Part shown: piece after piece, positions 63,829-64,000 of the stretch
How the letters are laid out: the number at the start of each line of letters is the position of its first letter
Position numbering within the stretch: the first letter of the stretch is position 1
Assembly (NCBI GenBank): GCA_040954595.2
Contig: CM082582.2
Coordinates: forward strand, 13,242,327 to 13,306,326
Length of the DNA: 64,000 nt
Direction of reading: 5' to 3'
Origin: Balanoglossus misakiensis
Taxonomy: Eukaryota > Animalia > Hemichordata
Made by a program: the position numbers and the translations under genes
Notes under the pieces: generated by a model
Databases searched by the model: none
Seen by the model: the letters and a program-made list of their open reading frames with translations, nothing else
Told to the model about the DNA's origin: nothing

Positions 63829-64000
63829 GTAAGTTATTCCATAAAATAGAATCCACGTCGCTTTCCTCAGTTAAAAAGACAAATGTAAAGGACAAATCTC
63901 TATGTTTGCGATATGTGTTTTTCGTTTTGAAGTATTAATATTGACGTGTTTATTGAAAAATGACTAATGGCATGTTTTCAACTGTGATAACGACGACGCG

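Noticed and set aside
1-64000. Prokaryotic systems (CRISPR, operons, prophage), tRNA or rRNA genes
   Set aside because: The window consists of spliceosomal-intron animal genes. No repeat-spacer array or recognisable tRNA/rRNA was seen by eye.

Overview
This is eukaryotic, intron-rich, AT-rich animal DNA, probably from a marine invertebrate deuterostome (an inference from gene content and intron layout). Splicing by hand gives seven genes: TMEM67/meckelin (-, runs off the left edge), RBM12 (+, one coding exon), CIBAR1/FAM92 (-), ESRP/fusilli (+), HEATR3 (+), an NXPE-family gene (+) and a TRIM RING/B-box/coiled-coil gene (+, runs off the right edge). Almost all short ORFs in the supplied track are noise or exon fragments. 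Main signals: (1) TMEM67, CIBAR1 and ESRP each carry a U12 (minor-spliceosome) intron, one abutting a 6-nt microexon. (2) ESRP has two dense clusters of its own UGGUG binding motif next to stop-containing alternative exons, one inside its U12 intron and one deciding whether a complete 4th RRM is made; this suggests an autoregulatory splicing circuit. (3) The ESRP 3'UTR has multiple miR-124 seed sites. (4) The TMEM67-RBM12-CIBAR1 order and orientation match human 8q22.1. All coordinates were counted by hand and no database searches were run.
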